DNA of 64,000 nt from Candidatus Atabeyarchaeum deiterrae (GCA_037310415.1 CP147780.1:864001-928000), one strand, 5' to 3'. Positions 30,386-41,048 are shown, numbered from the stretch's first letter. The notes: generated from the letters alone by a model not told the origin. A program made the numbers and translations.

Positions 30386-30784
30386 TTGATAGAAACACAA
30401 CCGAGTTTCTCAGTTCAATCATTTTACGATTTCCTCAGCAAGCGGAAACTCATGGGCGTGAAATGTTTGAAATGCAGCACGGTCTTCACACCGCCAAGAC
30501 CAACTTGCACTCACTGCAGTTCAACGAGACTCCGGTGGACAGAACTAAGTGGAAAAGGAAAACTTGCGACCTTCACCGTGATCCATGTGGGACCAGCCGA
30601 GCTGGCTAGTGAGACACCATACATAGTTGGAGTAGTGCAGCTTGACGAAGGACCAAAAGTGTCATGCAGAGTCATAGGATTAGCTACAGACAAGCCTGAA
30701 TCAATAAGAATTGGATCACCGATGCTCGTCGACTTCATAATAAAGGGTGAAAAGGTTGTCCTAGCTTTTCGCCCAGCAATCTGA
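30386..30784 (+). CDS. DUF35 Zn-ribbon/OB-fold thiolase partner
   Basis: CLKC..PPRPTCTHC, G.L.TFT, PY.VG.V.L; follows the thiolase. Confidence 0.9.
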   Translation: MIETQPSFSVQSFYDFLSKRKLMGVKCLKCSTVFTPPRPTCTHCSSTRLRWTELSGKGKLATFTVIHVGPAELASETPYIVGVVQLDEGPKVSCRVIGLATDKPESIRIGSPMLVDFIIKGEKVVLAFRPAI

Positions 30785-30856
30785 AAGCAGGCAAGCTATC
30801 GACGGAAAGCTAGCTAGGAGAATAGAGAACAAAAGGAGTCACTATGGCCTGTTTCC

Positions 30857-31990
30857 CTAGCCCAACTCACCGCGAGAGACTATTAATCTCTGAATTTCTG
30901 ACGTTCCTTCGGCGATTTCAGCCATCTTTGCATCACGCATGTGTCTCTCAACTTCATACTCTTTGCTGTACCCGTACCCACCGTGGATCTGGACGGCCTT
31001 AGTCGTTGTTCTTAGTGCCATCTCCGCTGCAAAGATCTTAGCCATTGCAGCTTCCGCGGTGAACTTTTCACCTTTATCCATGAGCCATGCTACCCTATAG
31101 GTGAGTAGACGCGAAGCATCGATCTCGGTTGCCATGTCAGCTATCATGAATTGTATTGCTTCTTGTTTTGCTATCGGCTGTCCGAATTGAACCCGCTCCT
31201 TGGAGTATTTCTTAGCTTTGTCAAATGCTGCTCTTGCTATACCTGTAGCCATCGCTGCAACGCCAACTCTTCCCGCCTCGAAAGCCATCATGGCGACCTT
31301 GAATCCATCTTGGCTCAACAGGTTCTCTTTGGATACTTCGCAATCTCTGAATATCAGCTCACCCGTTGAGCACCCGCGGACTCCCATCTTATCTTCAATC
31401 TTCCCAAATGAGAATCCTGGCGTGTCCTTCTCAACGATAAACGCCTGTATCCCTTTGTGTTTCTTTTCTGGATCAATTGTTGCAAAAACTAGGTAGATAT
31501 CAGCTTCGCTGGCGTTAGTTATGAATGTCTTAGTCCCATTGAGCACATACTTTCCGCCACGTAGTGCCACCTTGGTCTGAATTGCAGCTGCATCAGAACC
31601 AGCCGCGGGCTCCGTGTAACCTATCGCGCCGATCTTCTCACCTTTGGCAAGTGGAGTCAGATATTTTTTTTTCTGATCGCTGTTTCCGAAAATGTAGATT
31701 GGATTCGCGGCGGCCAGAGCGTGCACAGACACTATGAACCCTGTTGAGGCACAGGCATATGACAGTTCCTCGACTGCCAAGATCATACTAAGGTAATCCG
31801 CTCCAGCTCCACCGAACTCAGTGGGAAAGGGGACTCCCATTAGACCTTTGTCAGCGATCTTCCTGGTGTTCTCACGTGGAAATGCGCCGGTTGAATCAAT
31901 CTCCGCGGCATTTGGATATATCTCCTTCTGAGCAAACTCCCGAACCATTTCCCTCATCATCTTCTGCTCCTCAGTAAGGCCGAAATCCAT
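30857..31990 (-). CDS. Acyl-CoA dehydrogenase
   Basis: TEPAAGSDA, NGTKTFITN, KMGVRG, R.QFG, QIHGGYGY, EIAEGTSEIQR. Confidence 0.95.
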   Translation of the reverse strand: MDFGLTEEQKMMREMVREFAQKEIYPNAAEIDSTGAFPRENTRKIADKGLMGVPFPTEFGGAGADYLSMILAVEELSYACASTGFIVSVHALAAANPIYIFGNSDQKKKYLTPLAKGEKIGAIGYTEPAAGSDAAAIQTKVALRGGKYVLNGTKTFITNASEADIYLVFATIDPEKKHKGIQAFIVEKDTPGFSFGKIEDKMGVRGCSTGELIFRDCEVSKENLLSQDGFKVAMMAFEAGRVGVAAMATGIARAAFDKAKKYSKERVQFGQPIAKQEAIQFMIADMATEIDASRLLTYRVAWLMDKGEKFTAEAAMAKIFAAEMALRTTTKAVQIHGGYGYSKEYEVERHMRDAKMAEIAEGTSEIQRLIVSRGELG

Positions 31991-32204
31991 TCTACACTCA
32001 ACTCCTTTGATAGTACCACAACACAAACATGATTCCTTATTTCTATTTGATTACCTGCGCTATCTTATAAACTATGAAGAGACCAGTCTCCAAGGAACAG
32101 AGCGCAGCCTACAAACTAGTGCTATATCAGAATTAAGCTATGACGCACTGAAATATAGCATGGAAGGTTCTAAAAATATAGAAGTAAGGGCGAGTTGCAT
32201 AGCC

Positions 32205-33398
32205 CTAACGGTTTCCAGGCAAGGTTTCCTTCGTGTAGAACTCTGCTGAGTATTTCTTGAGCTCAGCTTCACTCCAAATCCAGCCTTTCTCCCTCTTGCC
32301 GTCTACAAAGATCATTCTATCGGTGCAGCTGAAACATGGGTCAATAGCAGCCAGAACGATTGGTATGTCTGCCAAATATCCTCCTTTCAACATCTCACAG
32401 ACAGCAAGAATATTCCCCAAAGTCGGAGCTCTGACCTTAACTCTCTCAGGCTTGTCTGAACCGTTTGATTTTACATAGTGGATGAGCTCACCACGAGGCG
32501 CTTCAATCCTGCTAACAACTTCCGCAGGAGGTATTTTCCTAATGAGTTTTGTTCTATAATCACCTTTGGGCAAGTTTTCAAGAAGCCATTTGCATATGTG
32601 AATGGCTTGAACTGTTTCACCAACTCTCACGATAACTCTTCCTGCTACATCACACATATCACTTGTAATGACCTCAAATGGCACCTCATCATAGGCAGCA
32701 TAAGGATCGTCGCGTCGCACATCTGACTTTATTCCACTGGCTCGCAGAGTTGGACCCACAGCACACAGGGATCTTGCAACTTCGGGCTTCAGTATTCCTA
32801 CTCCAACTGCCCTAGATAGCAGAGTCTTTTCAGTCAAAGCTACCTTCGTGTAATATTTCGTACGATCCTCAAGGACTTTAAGCCACTTGGTTAGCTTACT
32901 CACTTGTTCTGGCGTGATATCTCTGCGGACTCCGCCAATGGTGTTGATAGCATAGTTGACACGATTGCCCGTCAACATTTCGAGAGCTTCCATTATGACT
33001 TCCCTGTCCCTCCAGACGTACATTAGGAATGTGTCCCAGCCAATCTCGTGTCCAGCTACACCTAACCAGAGCAAATGGCTATGAATCCTGTTCATTTCCG
33101 CTACTAGTGTTCTAAGATAGATTCCCCTAGGAGGCGCCTGGATGTTTCCACACTCCTCTACTGCTTGGCAAAAAGTGGTGGTGTGAGCATGTGAACAGAT
33201 ACCGCAGATCCTCTCGACCAGGTAAATGTCTTGAAGGTAGGTTCTGCTCTCACAAGCCTTCTCTATACCCCTATGATTATAACCAACCCTCGGGGTGACG
33301 TTAACAACGTATTCGCCCTCAACATCGAAGGTAAAGTTGGCAGGTTCCTTTAATGCAGGGTGTTGCGGCCCAATCGGAACTTTGAAGGTTGTAACCAA
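32205..33398 (-). CDS. Group 4 membrane-bound [NiFe] hydrogenase large subunit (NuoD-like)
   Basis: GPQHP, HRGIEK, ERICGICSHAH (L1), EAPRGE, DPCFSCTDR (L2) plus C-terminal extension. Confidence 0.92.
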   Translation of the reverse strand: MVTTFKVPIGPQHPALKEPANFTFDVEGEYVVNVTPRVGYNHRGIEKACESRTYLQDIYLVERICGICSHAHTTTFCQAVEECGNIQAPPRGIYLRTLVAEMNRIHSHLLWLGVAGHEIGWDTFLMYVWRDREVIMEALEMLTGNRVNYAINTIGGVRRDITPEQVSKLTKWLKVLEDRTKYYTKVALTEKTLLSRAVGVGILKPEVARSLCAVGPTLRASGIKSDVRRDDPYAAYDEVPFEVITSDMCDVAGRVIVRVGETVQAIHICKWLLENLPKGDYRTKLIRKIPPAEVVSRIEAPRGELIHYVKSNGSDKPERVKVRAPTLGNILAVCEMLKGGYLADIPIVLAAIDPCFSCTDRMIFVDGKREKGWIWSEAELKKYSAEFYTKETLPGNR

Positions 33399-33487
33399 TT
33401 AGCTTAATCCCTCCACGGATGGTACTTATATGCCTGTAATCTTCAGATTTGAGATTTCGTTTTTAACTTCTTGTATTGTCGTGGTGA

Positions 33488-34006
33488 TTAATCAGCAGGT
33501 TCCTCAGGTTTCCAATCCTTTCGGAGTGGGTAGACCCCCTTTGGCCAGTCATCTGGCAGTTCAAGTTTTTCCAGGTTCGGGTGTCCCTTGAACTCGATTC
33601 CGAACAGGTCGTGAACTTCCCTTTCATATACGTTTGAGCCTGGGATAAGATCGGTTATTGTGTCTATCTTGGGCTTATTGCGTGGGACCTCGGCTCTGAG
33701 GTTCACTGCAACATTCTTTGCGAAGAAGTGGAAGATGACTTCCAGGTTATCGCCAAGGTCTACTCCAGTTATGGTCGAGAGATGGTACAATCCCCAGTTA
33801 TCCTTCATATACTGGACGGCTTTCTTGTGTGCCCCGGGCTTTACCTTCACAAATATTCTTCTAGCCCTTGGAATCTTGGACTCAATCAGATCCTCACCGA
33901 GTGCTTTCTGAAGTTCTTCAACCATAGCTGTTTCAGCTTCGATTTTCTGCGGCGGAACAGGTTGAGTGACAGTCTTCTGCGGAGCAACCTTCTTCTCTTC
34001 ACTCAT
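33488..34006 (-). CDS. NuoC-like subunit
   Basis: HLSTITGVD, YEREVHDLFGIEFKGHP, YPLRKD. Confidence 0.9.
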   Translation of the reverse strand: MSEEKKVAPQKTVTQPVPPQKIEAETAMVEELQKALGEDLIESKIPRARRIFVKVKPGAHKKAVQYMKDNWGLYHLSTITGVDLGDNLEVIFHFFAKNVAVNLRAEVPRNKPKIDTITDLIPGSNVYEREVHDLFGIEFKGHPNLEKLELPDDWPKGVYPLRKDWKPEEPAD

Positions 34007-34026
34007 GATTTCTGAACCCTCCTCGT

Positions 34027-34458
34027 CTAACTGGCCTGTATCTTGGCCAGTAACTTCGCTACACCGTCTATAATCGCCTCTGGCTTTGCAGCACATCCAG
34101 GAACGTACATATCCACAGGTATCACTTTGTCTATTCCCCCCATGCAGTTGTAGAGACCTCTGAATACTCCTCCAGACGTGCCACACGTGCCAACGACAAG
34201 AACGAACTTCGGGTCAGGCATCTGCTCATAGATCCTTTTCAGTCTGGGAGCTGATTGTCGTGTTGCGGGTCCCGTGACCACGAGCACGTCTGCATGTCTA
34301 GGAGAACCTTTCAAGACAGCGCCGAAGCGCTCAATGTCATATTTCGGAGTAAGCGCAGCAATGATCTCAATGTCGCACCCATTGCACGATCCGCTGTTGA
34401 AGTGCAAGAGCCACGGTGATTTCACACGAGCCCACTTAATGAGTCTTTGTCCAACCAT
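34027..34458 (-). CDS. NuoB-like hydrogenase small subunit
   Basis: SCNGCDIE, PRHADVL, PDPK, GTC, PGC. Confidence 0.92.
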   Translation of the reverse strand: MVGQRLIKWARVKSPWLLHFNSGSCNGCDIEIIAALTPKYDIERFGAVLKGSPRHADVLVVTGPATRQSAPRLKRIYEQMPDPKFVLVVGTCGTSGGVFRGLYNCMGGIDKVIPVDMYVPGCAAKPEAIIDGVAKLLAKIQAS

Positions 34459-34620
34459 GTTTTCTCCCTTCAATAAGAATCTCTGTCAGATCGACACTCG
34501 CTATGACCTTCATACTTCATGAGCTATTTATTCCTATTACTGTTCAACTTACATCAATCATCTTATTGCTGATGATTATCCCACTGCAGTGCTTCCAGCT
34601 TTATGGTTCCGGGGCGATCT

Positions 34621-35001
34621 CTACCATTCTCTTTCTTCTCCAGCTTTCCATATGGGGACGGCGATTACCGCAACGAACAACAGGAGTGTGTAGAGTAACA
34701 CAAGAATCAAGCCAACTGGAGTGATAGCGCCGCCTGTTATTCCAGTGAATATCATGAACGCACCGGATTCGAAAATGATGAAGAAGACGGCGTAGTAGAA
34801 CCTATGGATATAGAACTGGACGTTGCCCGATGGCACATCTTCGCCGCAGGCATATGTTGACTCCTTCTCCTTGCTCTTCTTACCTTTCGGAGCCATTCTA
34901 CGCCCTACGTAGTAAAGGAGAAGCGCGAATCCAAGACAGAAGAAAAACGCTATTACGGGAATACCAAGTATCTCGGTCGGCATCTGAGCCAATGAAACCA
35001 T
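34621..35001 (-). CDS. NuoA-like membrane subunit
   Basis: 3 TM helices, YACGE loop, FFIIFE. Confidence 0.85.
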   Translation of the reverse strand: MVSLAQMPTEILGIPVIAFFFCLGFALLLYYVGRRMAPKGKKSKEKESTYACGEDVPSGNVQFYIHRFYYAVFFIIFESGAFMIFTGITGGAITPVGLILVLLYTLLLFVAVIAVPIWKAGEEREW

Positions 35002-35243
35002 ACCTCTTTAGCTGTAGAATAACTACAATGTGTGTAGAGTGAGATTTCCCCCCATATAATAAGCTTACGCTTTCCATGATAAGAGTGGGAAACAAGAGTC
35101 CAGAATTACTTAACTCGCTTGCATAATTGCTCGTGTCACAATCTGATGAAGCGTCTCTAGCCCCATACTTTTTATTTCAACAATACTCATAAAGTGGTTT
35201 GCCTCATATCTGGTCTGACGAATTACGAAAGGAGGGATAATGC

Positions 35244-36278
35244 TTAGAGAGATTTAGGTTAACCAAGTCAGTTAGAGAGCATGGTTGAAGCTGCAAGATA
35301 CCTCAGAATGAGTTGACCCATCTCCTAGAACGGGCTGGTCTCTCGCAGATCGTCGCCGGTGAGAACATTCTCGCGGGGCCGCTACCAGCTGAAGACGCAG
35401 CCATTATCAAGATAAACGAAGAAACCTGCCTTGTGCAATCACTCGACTTCTTTACACCAATCGTTGATGAACCAATAACCCAAGGAGAGATCACTGCGTG
35501 CAATGTCACTAATGACCTCTATGCCAAAGGTGCCATAAACGTCCTTGGCGTTCTGGTCATCATGGGTTTTCCACCAGAGATGCCCAAGCCGATTGCCGTG
35601 GATCTTCTCAAGGGATTCAGCAACTTCTGTCAAAGACTCGGGACTCAAGTGATTGGCGGCCATACCATAACAAATCCCTGGCCCATTCTTGGAGGAGCAG
35701 CGACTGCGTCAATGAGAATTCGAGACGTAGCATACAAGAAGGGAGTAGAAGCCGGAGATAACTTGATACTTACAAAACCACTCGGAGTTCAACCAGTAAT
35801 GGCTGCATACCGATTGCTTAAGGAAGAAGTTCTCAACGAGGAACTTCTAAGTACAATGTCCCGCAAGACTATCAACGAAGCAATCAAGAAGACGATCAAC
35901 TTGATGACAACGAGTAACAAACCTGTTGCCGAGGCAATGCAGGAAGTCAAGGTAAATGCAGCAACAGACGTGACTGGGTTCGGTCTCGTAGGACATGGAT
36001 CGGAGTTGGCTGAGCAGAGTCACGTCGACTTGGAAATTACGACAATGCCATTGGTGAAGGGGAGCATGCAGATATCGGACATCCTCGGCTACTCGCTCAG
36101 GGATGGGCGCGCTCACGAAACTGCCGGTGGCATGCTGCTTTCTCTCTCGCCTGAGAAAACCGAACAGTTTGTTGAAGTTCTACGTGAGCGCCGGGTTACT
36201 CCCTTCTTGATTGGAAAAGCAAGGGTCGGAACAGGTAAAGTCAAACTCGCTAAGGATCTGCAATATCTAGAAGTCTGA
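35244..36278 (+). CDS. selD: Selenide, water dikinase, Sec-containing (UGA at 35286-35288); start codon non-canonical or uncertain
   Basis: Upstream in-frame LERFRLTKSVREHG-U-SCKIP (UxxK motif), EDAA, DFFTPIVD, DLYAKG, GGHT, LTKPLG, TDVTGFGL.GH, ETAGG. Confidence 0.93.
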
Positions 36279-36289
36279 AGCAGCACTCG

Positions 36290-36332
36290 ATGAAGGGAGA
36301 AAGCAAACTACGAAAGTAGATTTCTTCCTGAA
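36290..36332 (+). promoter_or_regulatory. Eukaryote-like type-II SECIS element in the selD 3' UTR
   Basis: AUGAA-GGGAGAAA-GC-AAA-CUAC(GAAA)GUAG-A-UUUCUUCC-UGAA; outer GAAGCAGC/GCUGCUUC helix. Confidence 0.88.
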
Positions 36333-36592
36333 AGAAGCCAGAAGCGGGCTGGCTGCTTCACAGAACTGTTGTGAGAGATGGGAACCACGCTACCTGGTTA
36401 AATGAACAAAAGCTTCCCAACTTCTCACCAGATTGAGCAACGTTTAAATATTACATGCAATCTTCAACTTCAATCGTTCAACGTCAGGAGAGAAAGCACT
36501 GCATCGGATACTCTGAACGCGGATTAGATCTTTCACGCGTGTTAAGTTCTTACGCAGAACACACACATTCACCGTGGGGTTGAGAAGGAGAA

Positions 36593-36847
36593 ATGGATCC
36601 AGTTGCTCTGATCTTGGAAATCATCCTACTTGCCTTCACCGTGGTATTCGCTGTTCTGGCAGTTGAATTGAAACGCTTGATATATGCAGCTGTTTCCCTT
36701 GCTTTGATGAGTATTTCTATCGCACTCATATTTTTCCTGCTCTCAGCGCCATATGTGGGTGTGTTTCAGTTGCTAATCTATGCTGGGGCAATAACCATAC
36801 TCTTCCTTGCCACAATCAGTTTGACTAAAGGAGAGGAAGAAGAATGA
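36593..36847 (+). CDS. NuoJ N-terminal-like membrane subunit
   Basis: LSAPYVGVFQLLIYAGAI. Confidence 0.85.
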   Translation: MDPVALILEIILLAFTVVFAVLAVELKRLIYAAVSLALMSISIALIFFLLSAPYVGVFQLLIYAGAITILFLATISLTKGEEEE

Positions 36848-37158
36848 CCGAAAGAAGCTGGTTCATCGCAAGAATTACGGGAGCATTGCTCGCTGCAATT
36901 CTCTTTGCTATCATATCTACAATTGTTTTAACACGGATAGTTCCTTTCGAGCTTGACCAGTTTGAGACCGTTATCTCTAGCTCACTTATTCCGGTCGGTG
37001 ATTATGTGACTGCCGGCGTGAACGCAGTGAGAGAGTTGTGGGCTTATCGTGGAATAGATGCATTACTAGTGGGAATTGTCTTGGTAGTAGCTGCGATAGG
37101 CGCGGCAACCCTTTTCAGACTTGAGAAGGGAAGAGAGGAGGAAGCCCAGGAGGACTAG
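36844..37158 (+). CDS. NuoJ C-terminal/MnhB-like membrane subunit
   Basis: LWAYRGIDAL motif, 2 TM segments, operon context. Confidence 0.7.
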   Translation: MTERSWFIARITGALLAAILFAIISTIVLTRIVPFELDQFETVISSSLIPVGDYVTAGVNAVRELWAYRGIDALLVGIVLVVAAIGAATLFRLEKGREEEAQED

Positions 37159-37163
37159 AATCT

Positions 37164-37487
37164 ATGACCGTTGATTTGGGTCTTGAGTTGTATTTGGGCG
37201 TTGCAGCTTTCTTGTACGCCCTTGGAATATACTGTTTGGCTACGAAGAGAAATCTGATTAAGGTCACAATAGGCATAGAAATCCTGCTAAGCGCAGGAAA
37301 CCTTAACCTCATGGCGTTTAGCGCATTTCGAGTCTTGAGCTTCGTCGATCCACTCCCCCAAGCCCTAGCCATTCTGTCAATTGTGATCGGAGGGCTTGTT
37401 GCCGCAATCGCACTTTCGATAGTAATCAACGTTTACAGACACTACGGCACATTAGATACCCGAAAAATCAAGAAACTAAAATGGTAG
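37164..37487 (+). CDS. NuoK/MnhC-like subunit
   Basis: KRNLIK..IGIEILL, DPLPQAL, YRHYGT. Confidence 0.88.
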   Translation: MTVDLGLELYLGVAAFLYALGIYCLATKRNLIKVTIGIEILLSAGNLNLMAFSAFRVLSFVDPLPQALAILSIVIGGLVAAIALSIVINVYRHYGTLDTRKIKKLKW

Positions 37488-37513
37488 CCTAGTCCAGCGG
37501 AGGTAAAAAGACA

Positions 37514-39511
37514 ATGTTACTACCCCCATTCGACCCGTGGCTTGTCTGGGTAATGCCTTTAATTGGAGCCTTGATCGTACCGGTGATTGGCCGTTTTACA
37601 AAATCTGAAGGCAGCAGAAAGATCAGGGACATCGTTGCTGTCGCCTTCTCAGCGTTGGCAGTCATATTCGCCATTTCCATGATTCCTGATGCTTCAACCA
37701 GTCACGATTGGCAGATCCCATGGATCTCAGCCATAGGTATAAACGCAGGGGTTTTGGTCGATCCTCTAAGTGTTTTCGTGGCCAACGTTGCCGCTGACAT
37801 TGGCTTCCTCATAATGCTCTACAGTGTTGGCTACATGAAGAAGGAGGAGGATATGGATCGGTACTGGTTCTTCATGTTGTTCTTCATCGGCGGAATGATT
37901 CTTCTAGTCATGGCAGACAACCTTCTGCAAATGTTCCTCGGCTGGGAAATCGTAGGTATGTGTTCATGGGGGCTAATCGGATACTGGTACAAGAAGAGCC
38001 GAGACTATGATGACCCATGGATAGGCGTAATGCCAGAAGGTGATTACAATGCCCATGCGGGAATGAAAGCATTTATAACAACCCGCATAGGAGATATAGC
38101 CCTCCTCACATCTATCCTAATAATCTACTTCTACACTGGGACATTCAATTACATAGCCTTAAGCAGCGGTTCAGCTTGGACAGCTCTGTCAGTAGCTGGT
38201 CTACTTGTTCCCACAGCGTTACTATTCTTCGGAGGACCAATTGGCAAGTCGGCGCAGTTCCCGCTTGATGTCTGGCTTATGGAGGCGATGGCTGGTCCCA
38301 CGACCGTTAGCGCACTCATCCATGCCGCTGCAATGGTTAAAGCAGGCGTATACCTAGTGGCGAGATTCATACCCATTTTCTTTGCCGCTTCACTGCTGTT
38401 CCATGAAATGACGTTGTTCTTCACGGTGGTGGCGGTGATTGGAGCATTCACAGCATTTCTCGCCGCAACGATGGGCTGTGTACAACGTGAATTAAAAAAG
38501 GTGCTTGCCTGCTCAACCATAAGCCAACTTGGATACATGTTCCTAGCCTTAGGTGTGGGTGGTCTATCAATCTATGCGGGTTACGGAGCGGGCCTCGTTG
38601 CTGCAGCTTTGCTCCTAGCTGTTCATGCAATCTTCAAGGCACTTCTCTTCTTAGGCGCTGGCGCTGTTCTCCACTCGGTTGAGTCGATCTATATGGACGA
38701 CATGGGTGGTCTAAGGAAGAAAATGCCGATCACATTCATCTGCATGCTGATAGGCGTACTGTCACTCTCTGGTATACCGCCTTTCGCAGGTTTCTTTGGA
38801 AAGGAAAACTTGTTCGACCTTCTTTGGACCGGAGGGCAAGGCAGTATTCTAATAATGGTGCTGTTCGTCATGGCGGCTTTGACTGCGGTCTTCACAGTCT
38901 TCTATAGTTTCAGAATGATCGGTTTGACATTCTTTGGTCCCCAAAGTAAACACATCAAGGAACTTGAGCATGAAGGGCACGAAGTCCACGAGGCGCCTTT
39001 AGTGATGTGGATCCCCCTAGTGATACTAGCACTATTCACAATGTTCTTTGGGGCTCTGGGCCCGTATTTCATGACCTACATGGGTTACCCCGTAAGCTAC
39101 GCTGAATTCCTAACAGAGATATTCACACCTGTTACCTTCAGCTTGACCATAATAATAATAGTTGTGGGGTTCCTTCCTGCATTCTTCCTCTACTTCAGGG
39201 GAAGAGCCAATGCTGGAAAACCTGGAAGACAAGGCGGCGGGCTCGGCGCAGTCCGTAAATTCTTCTTTAACAGGTGGTATATCAACGCCTTCTACTACAA
39301 GGTCTTTGTTAGTGGTTTCCTAGGGTTGTGCAGAAAGATTCGCAGCGTAGTTGAGGAGAAGATCATAGACCGATTCAACTATGTTGCAGCCCGAGGTTTC
39401 GGGCGCGTAAGTAACGGTCTGAGGAAGATCCACACTGGAATACTATCTGTGAACATAATTTACATAGCAGCGGGGATAGTTCTGTTCCTTCTCATACTGC
39501 TACTGGCTTAA
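37514..39511 (+). CDS. NuoL/MrpA-like antiporter subunit
   Basis: FLGWEIVG, KAFITTRIGD, GKSAQFPL..WL.EAMAGPTTVSALIHAA. Confidence 0.92.
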   Translation: MLLPPFDPWLVWVMPLIGALIVPVIGRFTKSEGSRKIRDIVAVAFSALAVIFAISMIPDASTSHDWQIPWISAIGINAGVLVDPLSVFVANVAADIGFLIMLYSVGYMKKEEDMDRYWFFMLFFIGGMILLVMADNLLQMFLGWEIVGMCSWGLIGYWYKKSRDYDDPWIGVMPEGDYNAHAGMKAFITTRIGDIALLTSILIIYFYTGTFNYIALSSGSAWTALSVAGLLVPTALLFFGGPIGKSAQFPLDVWLMEAMAGPTTVSALIHAAAMVKAGVYLVARFIPIFFAASLLFHEMTLFFTVVAVIGAFTAFLAATMGCVQRELKKVLACSTISQLGYMFLALGVGGLSIYAGYGAGLVAAALLLAVHAIFKALLFLGAGAVLHSVESIYMDDMGGLRKKMPITFICMLIGVLSLSGIPPFAGFFGKENLFDLLWTGGQGSILIMVLFVMAALTAVFTVFYSFRMIGLTFFGPQSKHIKELEHEGHEVHEAPLVMWIPLVILALFTMFFGALGPYFMTYMGYPVSYAEFLTEIFTPVTFSLTIIIIVVGFLPAFFLYFRGRANAGKPGRQGGGLGAVRKFFFNRWYINAFYYKVFVSGFLGLCRKIRSVVEEKIIDRFNYVAARGFGRVSNGLRKIHTGILSVNIIYIAAGIVLFLLILLLA

Positions 39512-39528
39512 GATGGTGAGATTTCAAA

Positions 39529-41031
39529 ATGGTGTTATTTGATGCCTTGGGTGTAGCTCCTAGCTCAATATTACTGTTCTCATTTCTGTTAATCTTTGCC
39601 GGCGCCATCCTTGTCTACGGACTTGGACGATCCACTAAGAAATATACAGGTTGGATAGCAGCAATAATCTCGCTAGTCTCAACTCTTCTGGTCATAGACG
39701 TAATTGTGCCCGCCACATCGGTTTCAGGCGTCATGGCAGGGCCGTATAGCTGGATCCCCCAGTTCCTGAATGTTGGACTATATGCAGATAGACTGAGTTA
39801 CCCTATTCTCCTGTTGATAAGCGCTCTCGGAACAATTACTCTGCTGTACTGTGCAGTTGACGCGAAAGAGATGGAAAACCCGGCGGCCTTCTATGCGAAT
39901 ATGTTACTGTTCATAGGTGGCATGCTCGGGGTACTGTTGTCTACGAACCTAATAGAATTCCTCCTGTTCTGGGAAGTAATGTTGCTTCCATCCTTCCTAC
40001 TTATCTCGATGTTTGGGGTGACGATCGAGAGAAAAGCTAGCGCCCTGAAGTACTTCCTGTACACCCATTTTGGGAGTGTCTTTCTATTCGCCGGAGTTTT
40101 CTTGATCGGATTACTTACAAATACATTCGATCTATACACTGGCCCTGCAGTATCTCCGATTAGAGCATTCTTGCCGACTGTAGCCCAAGCTGTGTTTGTC
40201 AGTGCCGTTGCCTTGATTCTTGTAGCATTCGTTGTGAAGATGGCAATTTTCCCTCTGCACACATGGCTCCCTTCGGCATACTACGACGCTCCGATTCCAG
40301 TGACGTTACTGCTCAGTTCAGCTATGACGAAGACGGCCGCGTATGGAATCGTGAGGATACTCTTGCTATTTCTCGCTCCACAGTTGCTCGACCTCAGACT
40401 CGGACTGCTGATAGTGGCTCTGATAACGATGTACTATGGCGGTATACTTGCATTGGCTCAAGATAACCTGAAAAGTATGCTTGCATACTCGAGCATGAGT
40501 CAAATGGGATACATACTGTTTGGATTTGCAGCGCTCAGCGTCTATGGTGTAAGTGGAGCTTTGTTCCACGTGATAAATCACGGTATAGCAATGGCCATAA
40601 TGTGGATCGCCTGTGGCATTCTCTTGAAGCAAGCGGGGACATTTGAATTCAGCAAACTAAGAGGGCTTGGCGCAAAGATGCCAATAACCACAATGTGCGT
40701 TGTGATAGCCGGACTGGGAATAGCTGGAACACCGCCATTGGCGGGCTTCTGGAGTGAATTACTGATCTTCTTGGGTGGGGTCTATTACAGCGCGATCTTG
40801 GTTCTTCTGGCTATTATAGCAACCGCCCTAACAGCAGGATACTATCTGTGGGCGATAAGGAGAATCTTCTTCGGCCCCATAAAAGCAAACTTGAAGAATG
40901 TCAAGGATGCCCCAGTGAAGATACAGTTACTCATGCTAGTGCTTGCATTCTTTGTTGTTATCTTCGGAATCTTACCAAACCTAGTCTTGGGAGTGTTAAC
41001 TCCAATCTACACGCCTCCTCCGTTGGCATAA
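39529..41031 (+). CDS. NuoM/MrpD-like antiporter subunit
   Basis: FWE, KYFLYT, VKMAIFPLHTWLP, LAYSSMSQMG. Confidence 0.9.
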   Translation: MVLFDALGVAPSSILLFSFLLIFAGAILVYGLGRSTKKYTGWIAAIISLVSTLLVIDVIVPATSVSGVMAGPYSWIPQFLNVGLYADRLSYPILLLISALGTITLLYCAVDAKEMENPAAFYANMLLFIGGMLGVLLSTNLIEFLLFWEVMLLPSFLLISMFGVTIERKASALKYFLYTHFGSVFLFAGVFLIGLLTNTFDLYTGPAVSPIRAFLPTVAQAVFVSAVALILVAFVVKMAIFPLHTWLPSAYYDAPIPVTLLLSSAMTKTAAYGIVRILLLFLAPQLLDLRLGLLIVALITMYYGGILALAQDNLKSMLAYSSMSQMGYILFGFAALSVYGVSGALFHVINHGIAMAIMWIACGILLKQAGTFEFSKLRGLGAKMPITTMCVVIAGLGIAGTPPLAGFWSELLIFLGGVYYSAILVLLAIIATALTAGYYLWAIRRIFFGPIKANLKNVKDAPVKIQLLMLVLAFFVVIFGILPNLVLGVLTPIYTPPPLA

Positions 41032-41048
41032 AGGGGTGAAATTGAACA

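Noticed and set aside
33488-34186. 232-aa version of the NuoC-like ORF
   Set aside because: The first 60 aa overlap nuoB in another frame; the real start is likely the ATG at 34006.
35143-35218. Possible C/D-box sRNA (TGATGA...CTGA)
   Set aside because: No clear C'/D' boxes and no guide target I can verify; lies in a divergent promoter region.
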